The notes beneath the pieces are model-generated. The model was not told the DNA's origin, did no database searches, and saw only the letters and a program-made list of their open reading frames with translations. Position numbers and translations under genes: made by a program. From Balanoglossus misakiensis (Eukaryota > Animalia > Hemichordata), in NCBI GenBank assembly GCA_040954595.2, contig CM082589.2:858690-922689 (forward strand): DNA of 64,000 nucleotides, in the 5' to 3' direction. Positions 13,827 through 25,600 of this stretch are shown here, piece by piece (the stretch's first letter is position 1; each line of letters opens with the position of its first letter).

Positions 13827-15540
13827 GATCGTGGCTACGTTGAGAGAGTGGCCGTGATGGACGGGATGATGATGGTCTATACGACCACCGCTGATGTTGC
13901 CACGCGCGCCGCCACTGTGAGAATGCGATGGCGAATCGGGAGATTGCTGCCCCGCCGCTGCCGCAATGTTCGATAGGGAGGGACTCAGTAATGCTGTTAT
14001 CGCTGCCAGCGTGAAGTCGAAGTTGATTTAATTTCAGTATTCAAATAAGTTCACACAGTCAATCCAATCTTCTGAACGACTGACTCTTGCTAGCCCCCGT
14101 GTTTCGGCCCAATCTTCATCAAGAATCCTCTTTTAGAAAACGGCGTGTTGCTCCTCACAGCCCATTTTAAAAATGCGAAGTTCCATTAAAACGCAGGTAG
14201 AATTATTATGTCACCCGAGTGTAATCTTCGAGTCGAGTCCGGAGCAGAATTTCAATTAGCGAGTTGTCATTTCGTCTATTGAGTTATAACTATCCCCGCC
14301 GAAGGGAAAAAAGAAACCTCCATTTTCATTTTTAGACTTAATTACTCCATCCATGCGCGTCCAGTCATATTCCTCGTCGATGGCATTACATATTTGATCA
14401 GGAAAAATAAACAACGTCTAGTTTTCTTAAAATATTTCTTTGTAACGGCTTTTCAAGATTCCTTATTTGCGCTTACTTTTTTGAAATAAGAAATATTGTT
14501 TCTTCACTCGAAGTTTGACATGACGGCCGAACTTTACCCGTTGTGCTCAAAATAAAAGAACCCGACAATTGTAAGATGACGTTTTGCAGACTTTCCCAAG
14601 AAATCCACGGGCAGCTAAACAACAGGAACCTATTCTAATATGCAATCAAATTCCCAATACAATTCGTTTACCACGATAAATCAAATTATCACGAAGTATA
14701 AAAATTTGCATATCGGATATATTGGGGAGAGCAGAATATTGTTGATATCATACCCGTATGTTTTCGAATCGGAACACCTATGTGCGTATAAAATTCGCGT
14801 GCTAAGCGATATTTGCTCAACAACCGTCAATATTAGATGTCCGGTATCTTTAGTAGACCGAAATATTTCTGCCAAAAATAAATAATTATCCTCTGATGTA
14901 GAATTCGCCTTTGTGTGCAAAAGACCGTGATTAACGACGCATCTTTGTCACCATCCCCACTGCGTTAAATTGTGTTGTCGTATAGAGGACTTTCCAACGA
15001 TGTAATTTTCCCTTTTATGAATTCAGCGGCGATATTAACATTTACATCATGAATAATCTATTTTTGGCTCCCGTCTCCTTTTGTTACGCAGAATATCTGA
15101 CACGAAGTGTTGCCTCCCGATGAAAATACGCTGTCGGTTTCTCTCTCAGATGATGTAGAAAACAACCGGCTTTAATCTCGTTCTTGTCGATTCACAATCG
15201 CAGATGAAATATCGACGGACGGAGACAACGCGAATTGCAGCCACCGTGGCAACGACAGGTCTTTGTTGATGCTTGATAAAGAGATGCTTTTATGATGATG
15301 ATGTGTTTTTCGCAAATATCCCGACCGATGTCGTCAGCGCCACATCCCAGCAGAACGCCCGATTCTCTCCTCATCTAAGAACACATCGGGAGATAGATGC
15401 CACTCTCTCCGGTGATCTTTCGCGCACCAACTGTCGCCCGACGACCGCGAGGTGGGATGTGTGCAAATACGTACACACGGTCTTTTGTGGTCTATTATAG
15501 GAAACACACAAAAGATGTCACTGAAAAACTGATTATCGCG

Positions 15541-15573
15541 CACGTGCGGGAGGTATGACGTCACAAACCCAAT
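15541..15573. promoter_or_regulatory. Candidate Kv2 promoter motif cluster: E-box CACGTG (15541-15546), palindromic CRE TGACGTCA (15556-15563), CCAAT (15569-15573)
   Basis: Three canonical motifs within 33 bp at the upstream end of the CpG-rich stretch preceding the Kv2 start codon. The TSS cannot be determined from sequence. Confidence 0.4.
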
Positions 15574-15849
15574 AGACTGATACCGCATATTATTAATGAT
15601 GCGATTTCAAAACCCGCTGTTTAAAAAAATTATACTGCATGGTTGAATTTTCGATAAATGGGACTGGTATCGTCATCATATGAATGGATAAGATTTATAG
15701 TGGTCAAACTTGGTATTAAAATGTCACAAACGTTTGTATATTTTAACTGCCTGCGATTAAAAGCGACTATATAATGTGTGTTTCTCGCTCAATCTACAGG
15801 GGGCGCACTATATAACCTCACAAGAGCACAGTCGCACGGAATCACCTCA

Positions 15850-16300
15850 ATTTTCAAATTAATTGCTTGAAAGTTTGTTTTGTTTATACCCATACCGGTG
15901 ATGTAGATATCACACACAGGTTTACAGAACTAGTTAGGATGTCTGTAAATTATACAAAATGTAGTGAGGTCTTATCAAACGTTTTAGCCGGTGGCCAAGT
16001 ATTTTTACGCCCCCTCACGAGGGTGCGTCTGACATGAAAGTCCCCTGCTCTGATAACAGATAACGGTGATGATGCTCAACGTGGCAGACTAAGCAGTCGG
16101 CCATATATATCACTCGAGACAGTTTCACCAGGTGGCATCAATGTCTATTTCTGTGCTGTGCCCTGATTGGTTTACTGTATAATATATTCTTTCAGGTGTC
16201 TGCCTGTTCATTTCTCTTGTGACGTGTCTTTTAGACCTAACCTTTTAATTTTATTCATTTGCTGATGAAGGGCTGAACGTGCCCGAAACGTTCGGTTGTC
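15850..16300 (+). mobile_element. Degenerate, 5'-truncated Penelope-like retroelement (GIY-YIG endonuclease remnant plus terminal region)
   Basis: Frameshifted pieces in the expected order: FQINCLKVC...YTHTGD (from 15852), RFTE (15918), PVAKYF (15988), H..SDMKV (16028-16042), GDDAQR, LETVSPGGIN (16113-16142). This resembles the PLE endonuclease pattern YxIxC..C...Y.GET / RFxEH / PVAxHF...H...D / LxTxxPxGxN, and a hammerhead core follows. May extend left to about 15720. Confidence 0.7.
16255..16298 (+). ncRNA. Minimal type-I hammerhead ribozyme motif of the Penelope-associated class (stem I degenerate)
   Basis: CTGATGA (16262-16268), A, stem II GGGC/GCCC (16270-16273/16281-16284), GAAA (16285-16288), palindromic ACGT stem III. 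Lies about 120 nt after the endonuclease remnant. Confidence 0.65.
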
Positions 16301-17355
16301 TACCGTACCTTGTCTCGCTCGCCATATCAATCATGCATCCCCATATGGAGTCTCGATGGTATTTTTAACACTGGCATTTTTTCAGTTCGTACAGGCGGCT
16401 CATTTTGCAGCCTGCCAGTTTTTTTCACTTCTTCCTATTTTAAGACGACTGGCCAGCCGCCACTGCATTGGTTAACCCCAGTGAAATTACATACGGTACA
16501 TAAAACTGACTAGTAGTTGTACACACACGCGGTTTTCCAGTTCTGTCTATTGAAATTAAATGGCATATAAAACCCAAGGCCGAGCCAGGATGCGCTGTGA
16601 TGTACATCCATGTCGGTATTTACACGACCTATAAAACCGGTCAACGACCCTCGGCTATACTACACTCTCTAAAAATATCGGAATTTACGAGCGATAGCAG
16701 AAACACAGACTTACTTGTAGTTGTACAGTCATATGCAGCGTGTATGCTTCCATATACTTGCTGCATGCATTCTACATCAGTCGTCACATATTTTCATCCA
16801 CCATCCTTTCGTGTGAAGTACCACACATTTGCTATAGTCCCGGTGGCTTGCGTGTACTGTCTTGGTAACTTATAAGACTCACTAAAACTATTTACTCACC
16901 CACAGTCCTCGGAAATGTCGACTGCACGCTTCAATTCAAAGTCACCGCTTCCTATGGTCGCCATTTTGTCGTCTTCTAGAAATATACATGAAAAAAGGAA
17001 CACCCAAGCTACGTAAAAATAACCACTGAAGGTCACGCCCCTTCCCTGGGTCACGCCTCTATCGACCCACTGCCCTAATTATCATGTGTTATAATCATTG
17101 CGTGTAATTAATAGATAGCTCTTAATTTTGAGTAAAAAATAAACAATTTTGTGGCCTACAATATAGAACAAGACTGAAAGATTCAGTCGTATGTATACAT
17201 GTACACGTGCCCTTAGCTAAATGAAAAGATTATAACATATTGAACACTGAGGGCGCTCTCTATTTCATCCATAGATGAAATTTACAACGGGTTTCAACAC
17301 AAAAGTTGAAAGGAAAATAACACACGAACACAATGCTATGATTGCTTGTTTCATA

Positions 17356-17361
17356 TTTATT
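17356..17361 (-). terminator. Probable polyadenylation signal of VGAT (AATAAA), 3' UTR about 1.6 kb
   Basis: AATAAA on the minus strand followed about 25 nt later by a GT/T-rich element (TTGTGTTCGTGTGTTATTTT). Confidence 0.5.
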
Positions 17362-18952
17362 GCACATTCCATGTCAAAACAATAGATGTCTATACATCTT
17401 AATAATCTGAGCAGAGTTTATACAGAATTGCTTATTGTACACGAAAAAGGAATTTGCCAATGGCGGCAATATTCTAATTACATAAAATACATGTAAAGAT
17501 ACCTACACATATAAATTCAAAGCTGACCAAAATCTTAATACCTGATCTATCAGGTCCACTCTAATATAGTATATTTAAATTGGAATAAACTATTCAGCTT
17601 GATGACTGATTAACATACATGCTTCAATTGTCAGCCATTCTTCCAAATTGAGAATCATTCATTCAGCTAATGGTCGAAGATCCTGAAAATGCGGACTCCC
17701 CAGGTTTCTATCAGAAAGCAGGAAATTGCTTCAGTTAATACCAACTGAACCGTATAACATTTTTTCTGATGTCGAAAAAAGCGGATACAGTATGTGTTTC
17801 TTGACAATTCATCGAAATCCATCAAAAGTGTGGTTTGCAATTTTCTCTTTGGATGACTTCAATCCTTTGTGGACCTCTGGCTAAAACGATCCCATCAATG
17901 GATGAATTTGCCGTAAGTGTATTAAACGTATAGCTTCCAGTATTTTGCGGAACAAAATACATAATTGTAGCGGCATCCTTTCGAAATTATCACTTCCTGT
18001 TTCTTGCTCCCGTCAAATGGAAACAAGAATATTTTCTTCGCTCACTATATCGGTGCAAAATTAACTTAACTGGTCAACTGTCAAACTGACAATATTTCAG
18101 TTAAATGCAAAACTACCAAACGCTTCATCTTTGTAGTGGCATAGTTTCTCTCATCGGCGTGCCGGAGAATACATTAATACAAATGATGATTAACTACAGG
18201 GCAAGTTTCTCTTGAAAACTACAGCCGAAAAGAAATGTTAGACAAAAAATAAAAGCGGCGATTCTCTTATCAAGAAGTTATGTGATAAAAATCGTGACAA
18301 ATGCCCATTCTCGTTTGGAAATAAATGAAGCATAACAATGAAACGAGCTGTAAATTTCCATGCACCGATTCAGCAGAGATTTTTTGCCTCCTTATCTCCA
18401 GTAATTACTCTCTCCAGGAGGCAGACTCTATTCTACATAAACGCTTCTCATTTTACACCATTACAGCAATGGTTCTTATCAGATTGTTGAAGCCTATAGA
18501 AAAAGTAAGCACCTGTCCACTTTGAATAATGTTTTTCTTTTCTGTTCAGAAGAAAATCTTACATCTATTACCCAAGGCTATCGTTCGTATCGAATCTTTC
18601 AAACAGACCAGACAAGATCAATTTGAGTTTGAGTAATATTGATTAAAATTCACGGTAACAGAAAACATACTTCTTCTTTGGCCGTAGGAAGGTGGCATAT
18701 CCTCGAGAATTTTCAAACGCCTACTCATGCCCTAATTAAAAATGTTCTTTGAATGTTTTCAGTTGCCGAGAAATTAGACGGACACTTTGTACGTTTACAT
18801 CGATATCACTAAAATCGCGTTTAAAAAAATACTACTACTTTGCGTGCAAGTGTTTGAGAGTGTTGTATTTAATTGTGTCAATCCGTGGCAAGTTTGTCGT
18901 CTGAATAATGTTTAGTCTCAAATTGTCAAAATTCCGCGTTATTTCAGAAATA

Positions 18953-20137
18953 TTAATCATCAGTAGGAAACCTATAGGCATCAACTAATGCCTCGCCAGA
19001 GTATATAATACCTATAGTGCCACAGATTAGACCAGTGAATATAATCAGAAAATCAAAAACTTTTTGATAGACTGGGATTTTGCTCCATTTCAGCTTCAAA
19101 TGGAACCAACATGGCCATATAAACGACAACATAGTGCCAGTGAAGCTTCCTATAAGACCCATCAGTATTGCGAAATGTGGTATGTAAATTGCTAAGAGTA
19201 ATGTAAAAACAGCTAACAAACTTCGAAGAAATACACCCCACACATTTATTGCGCCGTCTAGTGCATAGCATGATGGGAAGTATGTTTCAGGGCGTCCCTG
19301 AAATAAAGCCCGTTCTAGAAGTTCCACGGCTGCGTAATAGGGTAAGGGATATGACAGCAAGGCTTTAACGACGAGAAATATGTTGACTATGGCGCGAAAT
19401 ACATCGCTTGGTAGGTTGTCGGTTATGACTTCTTTAGTGGCCAGTCCCCATGTCAAGAAGCCAACTAAACCGAACAGGCTCTTGAAGACGCCAGCTAGCG
19501 CGTGTGTCCAGTGCATCATCTTATTAAAGTTGTGTTTATCCAGCATATTTCCTTCTAGGCTCGGGAGAAAGATCTGAGATGTGTAGCTGAAAACCACGAT
19601 GCCTAGGACGACAGGGAACAGTTTGATGTCGACCAGTATTCGGACATCTTTCCAGTGCCAGTGTTGAATCCTGGTGACGCAGTAACCGATGATAATGATA
19701 TTGATGAAGATATGAGCTACAGTGCAGCCCATGCTTAGACGAGAAACGGATTTCAGATTGCGAAGAAACGCACATGGTATCAAGAAGAAGCAGGCTATAA
19801 TGGTCCAGGCGCTTGCTGGTACTCCAGAATACTTGAAGCTATTCTTCAAGAGATCACCGCAAAGGACGAGATATAGAATACAAGTCATGATGAGTTCCAC
19901 GAATTGTGCAGCGTGGACAACTTGTGCCCCTTTTCGCTTTCCCCATACCGCCTCAGCAATTTCCACATACGTATTCCTTACACGTATTTTCTTCCCAGTT
20001 TGCTCGTCTTCTTCATATAGACAATACACCAGTATCTTCCCTGTCCAACAACAGATATAGGCGATGCCAAGAAGTACCACTATTGCCCAGTAGCCTCCAT
20101 GAAGGACGGAGTATGGAAATGCCACAACAAACATGCC
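18953..20137 (-). CDS. SLC32A1: Vesicular inhibitory amino acid transporter (VGAT/VIAAT, unc-47), coding exon 2
   Basis: GMFVVAFPYSVLHGGYW...ELIMTCILY...FSYTSQIFLPSLEGNM...KALLSYPLP...LMGLIGSFTG, a multi-TM Aa_trans fold with VGAT-specific motifs. Pyrimidine-rich acceptor ...CTCTATAG|GGC at 20138/20137; stop TAA 18955-18953. Confidence 0.97.
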   Translation of the reverse strand, partial: GMFVVAFPYSVLHGGYWAIVVLLGIAYICCWTGKILVYCLYEEDEQTGKKIRVRNTYVEIAEAVWGKRKGAQVVHAAQFVELIMTCILYLVLCGDLLKNSFKYSGVPASAWTIIACFFLIPCAFLRNLKSVSRLSMGCTVAHIFINIIIIGYCVTRIQHWHWKDVRILVDIKLFPVVLGIVVFSYTSQIFLPSLEGNMLDKHNFNKMMHWTHALAGVFKSLFGLVGFLTWGLATKEVITDNLPSDVFRAIVNIFLVVKALLSYPLPYYAAVELLERALFQGRPETYFPSCYALDGAINVWGVFLRSLLAVFTLLLAIYIPHFAILMGLIGSFTGTMLSFIWPCWFHLKLKWSKIPVYQKVFDFLIIFTGLICGTIGIIYSGEALVDAYRFPTDD

Positions 20138-22622
20138 CTATAGAGAAAAAGAAAGCAGAAGATATAGTTTTTTTCACCCCATGTCAGTCGCCATAAACGA
20201 CCTTGACTTTTAAGGCAGGCTGTTCTTTAGTCACCCTACATTCCGACATTACGACCTGAAGCTGCAAGATGTTATCCAGATGTACTGTTTTATGTACTTT
20301 TTGTGGCCTAAATCCTCGAGTAACGTGTCTAAATTTTGAATTGATGGATTCACTCAAATGCTTCAGGGAGGCGCTTACAAGCAGAGAACTTGAAGACACT
20401 CTTGTTTGTATAGCTGTCCATGACGACATTTTCGGACAAAATTAAATAACCGCCATTAGTTGTCAAGACAATATAGAACTAATAATTTGATTGACCCAAA
20501 GCCATTCAATTAAAGACACAATAATATCGATCAATTCGATGTCCCCGCTTGTTTAAACACATATGTTGCAATTTGGAAATGAAGAAATGGGGCAGGGTTC
20601 ATGTAATCATACATTTTGCTGACACATGCCTGCATGTCTCGAATGAAGTTATAAATAATTCTTTCCTGGGAAATTCATCAGTCGATGGGTGGCTACACCC
20701 ACGGTCTTTGAAAATCTAAATCCAATGCAATTATAGCGCACTTAGGCCGGCAATCAACGGCTAATTGAATATCAACTGAGCACAATGGCGTCAAATAAAG
20801 ATGTAATTTTCTTGGTAACCCTGATCTATGCTATTTTCTCCAACATTTGCATATATCAGAAAATAAGTGTCTGCGCAAGTGGGCTCGTTTCACTGTCATG
20901 CTATTGACTTGCATAAGCTACCACCGGGGACTGAGTCATCCACAATGACTTGTTTTCATTAGTGAGTTTGCTACCTAGTGAAATGTGGGGAAGAAAGTAT
21001 GGTGAATAGTTTGATAGATGTTCGCCGGTAGAGTGGAGGGAAGAGTACGCATGACTGAATCATCAGTCACTGTTGTGGAAAATGCTCTCTTATGGGAGAA
21101 GCTCTTATTCATGATGGATATGTAACTGTGAGAAACCTGCTTCACCATTAGCGATGGTGATGTTGAATTTGTATCACACTTATGTTTTATCAAGCGTTCT
21201 AGCGTGACATACTTTGGGAACGACAATCATTCTAGTCCTTCTTCAGAAATACTGACATTTATTAAATGATGCCAATTAACGCCGATAATATCCGTGAACA
21301 GATAAAAGCGTAAAGGTAGTAAAATGAGAAATCCAACGTTTTATTGGAATAATGAAACTTTAGCACATATTTGTTCCATTTCAAATAATTGCAGATGTTC
21401 GGAGAAGCAGGTCACGTGGTGTTAAGATCTAGTCGTGAAATTTGGTATTGATATATTATTTTCTGCATTGTCGCATATTTTCCGGGTAAAAAGAGTATGA
21501 CGACACGTTCAACATACATGTACTAGAAACCTGGGAGTGGTGTATTTCAGAAAACCGTTAGGGGAGCAAAAGACCATGCAATAAACAACCAGGTCGACAT
21601 GAGCTGTTTGTGCAGTACGCCGCGAATAGTGGCTTTTTCTTCTTCCTTTGAAATCCTAGGGAGGCTTCTTTGCATGCAGTGAATAGACGCAGCGGTGGCA
21701 GGAAAATCAATATGGAAGTTCCATCTAACAAGCACTTTATGATTATAATTCTAAGGTAGGAGCCTGCACTTCCAAGGTTGCCACTGTAGCTGGCAGATAT
21801 CACACGCAATTATAGTCTAACACTTCTCATATTCACCGCTCCTCTTGCCACAAGCATTGGCACAAACGACAGCGGCGGAGAGCTCGAATTAAGCTTGTTG
21901 GTCACGTTCCAAGGCAGGCCATTAGAGCGTCGAGTCGAGAAACACCGCTTCTTACACTCAAGTCTTTTACTTTGTGTAACATACGGAGTACATCATTAAA
22001 ATCTTTTTATCTAGCGTCGATATCTCGTCTTCTAATTCCATGTCAAGCGATTTTTTTTCTTCAGGAAACAAGGATGACATACATAATTGAGAATCCTTGC
22101 TAGATTTCCATTTTTGTCTTCTCTGTGCCTACTTTTTCTTTTAAAAAAGACTTTTATGCAACGCAAAAAAAAGTTTATATCTGTTTGAGTTACACAATAT
22201 GAATCGTGTACGGTTTTTTCATTCACCAGCTTCGCTTGGATACATGCTATTGTCAATATGCGCATGTCACATTTTAGACTGCCAAAAAGAAATGCAGACG
22301 ACGTTACTCCAGAAATCGCATTAGTGCTCATTAATTAATCTGATTTTGGCGCCATCCAACCGACTCCATTTTATCGTGCAGTCTGTAAGCCAATCTTGAT
22401 CATTAGTTATTTAAGATTACGTGTAACAGGATATCCGTTGCAATAGAGAACGTTTGAAATATTGATCAGATGAATCCAGTAACACCAAGCATAAAGAGTT
22501 ATTTTAAGTCATTCGTGCGGACGCCCAGAACACATGAATGATATAGCAGATTTCTTATCTAAATCAAGAGATATTATTTTACTTGTCTGTGTGTACGTGC
22601 GTCTGTCTGTGCTTGTATCTGC

Positions 22623-22669
22623 CTCTCTCTCCCTCTCTCCCTTCCTCCCTCCCTCTATCTCTGTCTCTC
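22623..22669. repeat. CT-rich low-complexity tract in VGAT intron
   Basis: ctctctctccctctctcccttcctccctccctctatctctgtctctct seen directly. Confidence 0.85.
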
Positions 22670-25600
22670 TAGTTTTAAATTATTAAATAATGAAGATGAG
22701 AAAAGGTTTCAGGCAAAAGAAAATTGACCGGATACTTCAAAGAGCCCTGATGGAATTACCCTTTTGAAATATGGATTTTCGAGAATTCTGACAAGTATAA
22801 GTGCTACACGAGCATTTGAACAAAATGGAAAGCTCCACTTTTGGACATTAAAGTACTTTTCATCACAACTACTTTACCAACTCTTTTTTGTCAAGACCAT
22901 ATTTACTCCCATTGTCTCATTACTGGTATATTGTAGTTGTTTGCTATACGAAGTTCAAGTTGCCCAGTCTATGAGCGGGAAATACTACATTATAATAGCA
23001 TGCACGACCAGATGTGACCGCTTCCTTCTTCCTTCACATCCGACATACACAGGTCATATGAACTGTACATTATAATGGCGGATATATGAGACACAGATAC
23101 GTCACCAAACTTATTAGCTGTCATGTTGTCAAGTTGTGTTACATGAGTTTGGTGATTACTTCCGCTGTCTTGAAATCTGACTGTTCGATGTTATACCCGA
23201 GCAGGCCTTGCTGGCTGTTCGGTTGTTGTCTTCGACTATATTCATTTGAAACACGCGGCTACTTTTTAGACTCTTGGGCACGTTTGGGTTCTTCACATAA
23301 CATGACATCGAAATATCATCATCTGATGTCCCATCGTTTCACAAAGTATCATCTATTTTTACTCAAAAAACACTTCATGCCGTTAGCCTGTTTTCAGTCG
23401 GGGGTTTTCACAACTGACTAAGTTTTCCAAGTGATATTTTTTGGCGAAAAAAGTGCAGTGAACAGAGCTTTTTTAAAGGTACTGTTTCTCACATCAATGA
23501 GGCATTTATTATGTGACCAATAAATTATCCAATCAGAATTGTTGTTGTTTTTGTTGTTGTTAAACCGAATCACAATGTGAATATTTCTCCAGTTGTGCAT
23601 ATTACTGTACAATGGTTATTAACGGTGAGAAAATGACCATTTTTGTCACTTCTTTTATCTGCTCGCGATTTTGGAATAAGTAGAACGCGAAATCAAACGT
23701 TTCCGATTGAATTGGGAAATTTCTTCGCCGCATGTAGTCACGCGGAGACTGTAATTTCCGATCGTTGTGAATCAATTGTAACATAATGCCAAGGTTATCC
23801 GTTTGAAGCCACGCAAAGGACTAATTGCAGGGAGCCTCCTGTCCAGACTGAATCTTCTTTCATACATAGCCTCATGTTCACTGCAAATGAACCGAGATTG
23901 TGGGCCACACTGTGTTTGTAATCACCTCAGACATACGGTATAGTCGATTCCATCTCCCCAGGCATAAACCACTTAACTCTGATTTGAGACTCCAATATTC
24001 GCTCAATTCCTAGCCACTGCAGATCGTATATGCTTGTATCGTTAGCCCTCTGGGAACATTCAGGATTTTTTTAGTTTGTCCAGGATTTAACAAGTCGACG
24101 CTATCGCAGTTTGTCATGCCGGCGCGGGTATTCTTTTCGATGGATTGGATGACATGTAAATTTTTAACATGGCCGAAAAGTTTCTTTTGTATGATCACTG
24201 TCCTAGTCTAAATGATTATATGACATCAGATCTATTTAACAAATCCATTGACTGCTCTAGGTAATATAGAATACTACCAAAAATTCAGTTTAGGTCCCAC
24301 TTATTCAGAATTCTACAAGCAACGTATAAAATATCGAGAGTTCAAGAAATTGTAACGAGCTTTCCCACATGTTCCCTAGCTCCTGCCTCAAGTGTAGAAT
24401 TTCTGTATTTTGATTCATATCGAAAACCTTGGCGCCAGAAAATTACTCCATCGCCAATTTCGCCTGATTTTGTAAAGAACATGCCAATTTGTCTCTAATT
24501 TTCACGTCAAAAGAAACAGGGGTGAGACTGGTCGAATTTCTATAAAACGACTCTAGACGAACTTACACGAGTCTCCCGAGTACGTGAAAGTTGTTATCGA
24601 CGACGTGTGTTTTCGCCACATTGGCTAGATTTCAGAAATTTCAAAGGTAATTTCTCCTTTGTATCTACATGTACGTGTTTGTTATCGCTTTCCTCATAAG
24701 GCCTCTGAACACTAATCACACAGAACATTCTTTAGAGTGAGTCTAATGTCAAAATCCCACAAGATCATCTGTGTGGCGTCTAAAAATGGCAGGCCACGAC
24801 AGCAAATACCCTTCACAATTTAGACAGAGTTCCATTAATTTACCTCGGGGTGGGGTGGGGTCGATGTCCTGTTAAGCCCTTCAAACTAACCAACCTCTCC
24901 ATGTTCAGCAACCAACTTATTATGTTTCCCCATAAACAATCACTAGACTGGTTATTTCCTTTGGCACAGGCGCTTTTCCGTGTGACAACTACACTTGATT
25001 TTCGATGCTCATTTACATATCGGTAACATATGCAAATAAGCACTTAGTTGACATAACACTGAATCTCTCTCAGTAAAGCCAGATCTCCGTGAGATATCTG
25101 TGGCAAGCTTTCATCAATTTTCGTCGGTAACTCTAGATTTTATCGCCAAATGCAATTACTCATTAAATATGCAAATTATGATGGTGGTTTTCACAGGCAC
25201 ACGAACACACACCGACAGACAGATATCAGTGTGACATCTGCCCCCGTGTGTGACCACGAGGTTGAAGAGGACAGTCTCTTTCTGCATCTTTCACTGATTG
25301 AAGCAGAATTCTTTTCGACTACAGACTGTGGGTCAATGAAATTCAGACATCGCGATTCAACTATAGCAACCTCCGCGGCACTACATTTTACCCGCGGTCG
25401 TATACGCTTAGGAATTTCTTAAAGTTGAAACTATTCTAAAGCATTGCAGTCCGTAAGTTTGTTCACCGTATAACGAAGCCACTTAACAATATCCTGGCAC
25501 AAATGTACGCGAGGAGCGTTGATTTTAAATGTTTCAACCAAGAAGAGAATGTTCACTCACTCAACAAGGCCACTGCACACGATCAATGAGGCGGCTATTG

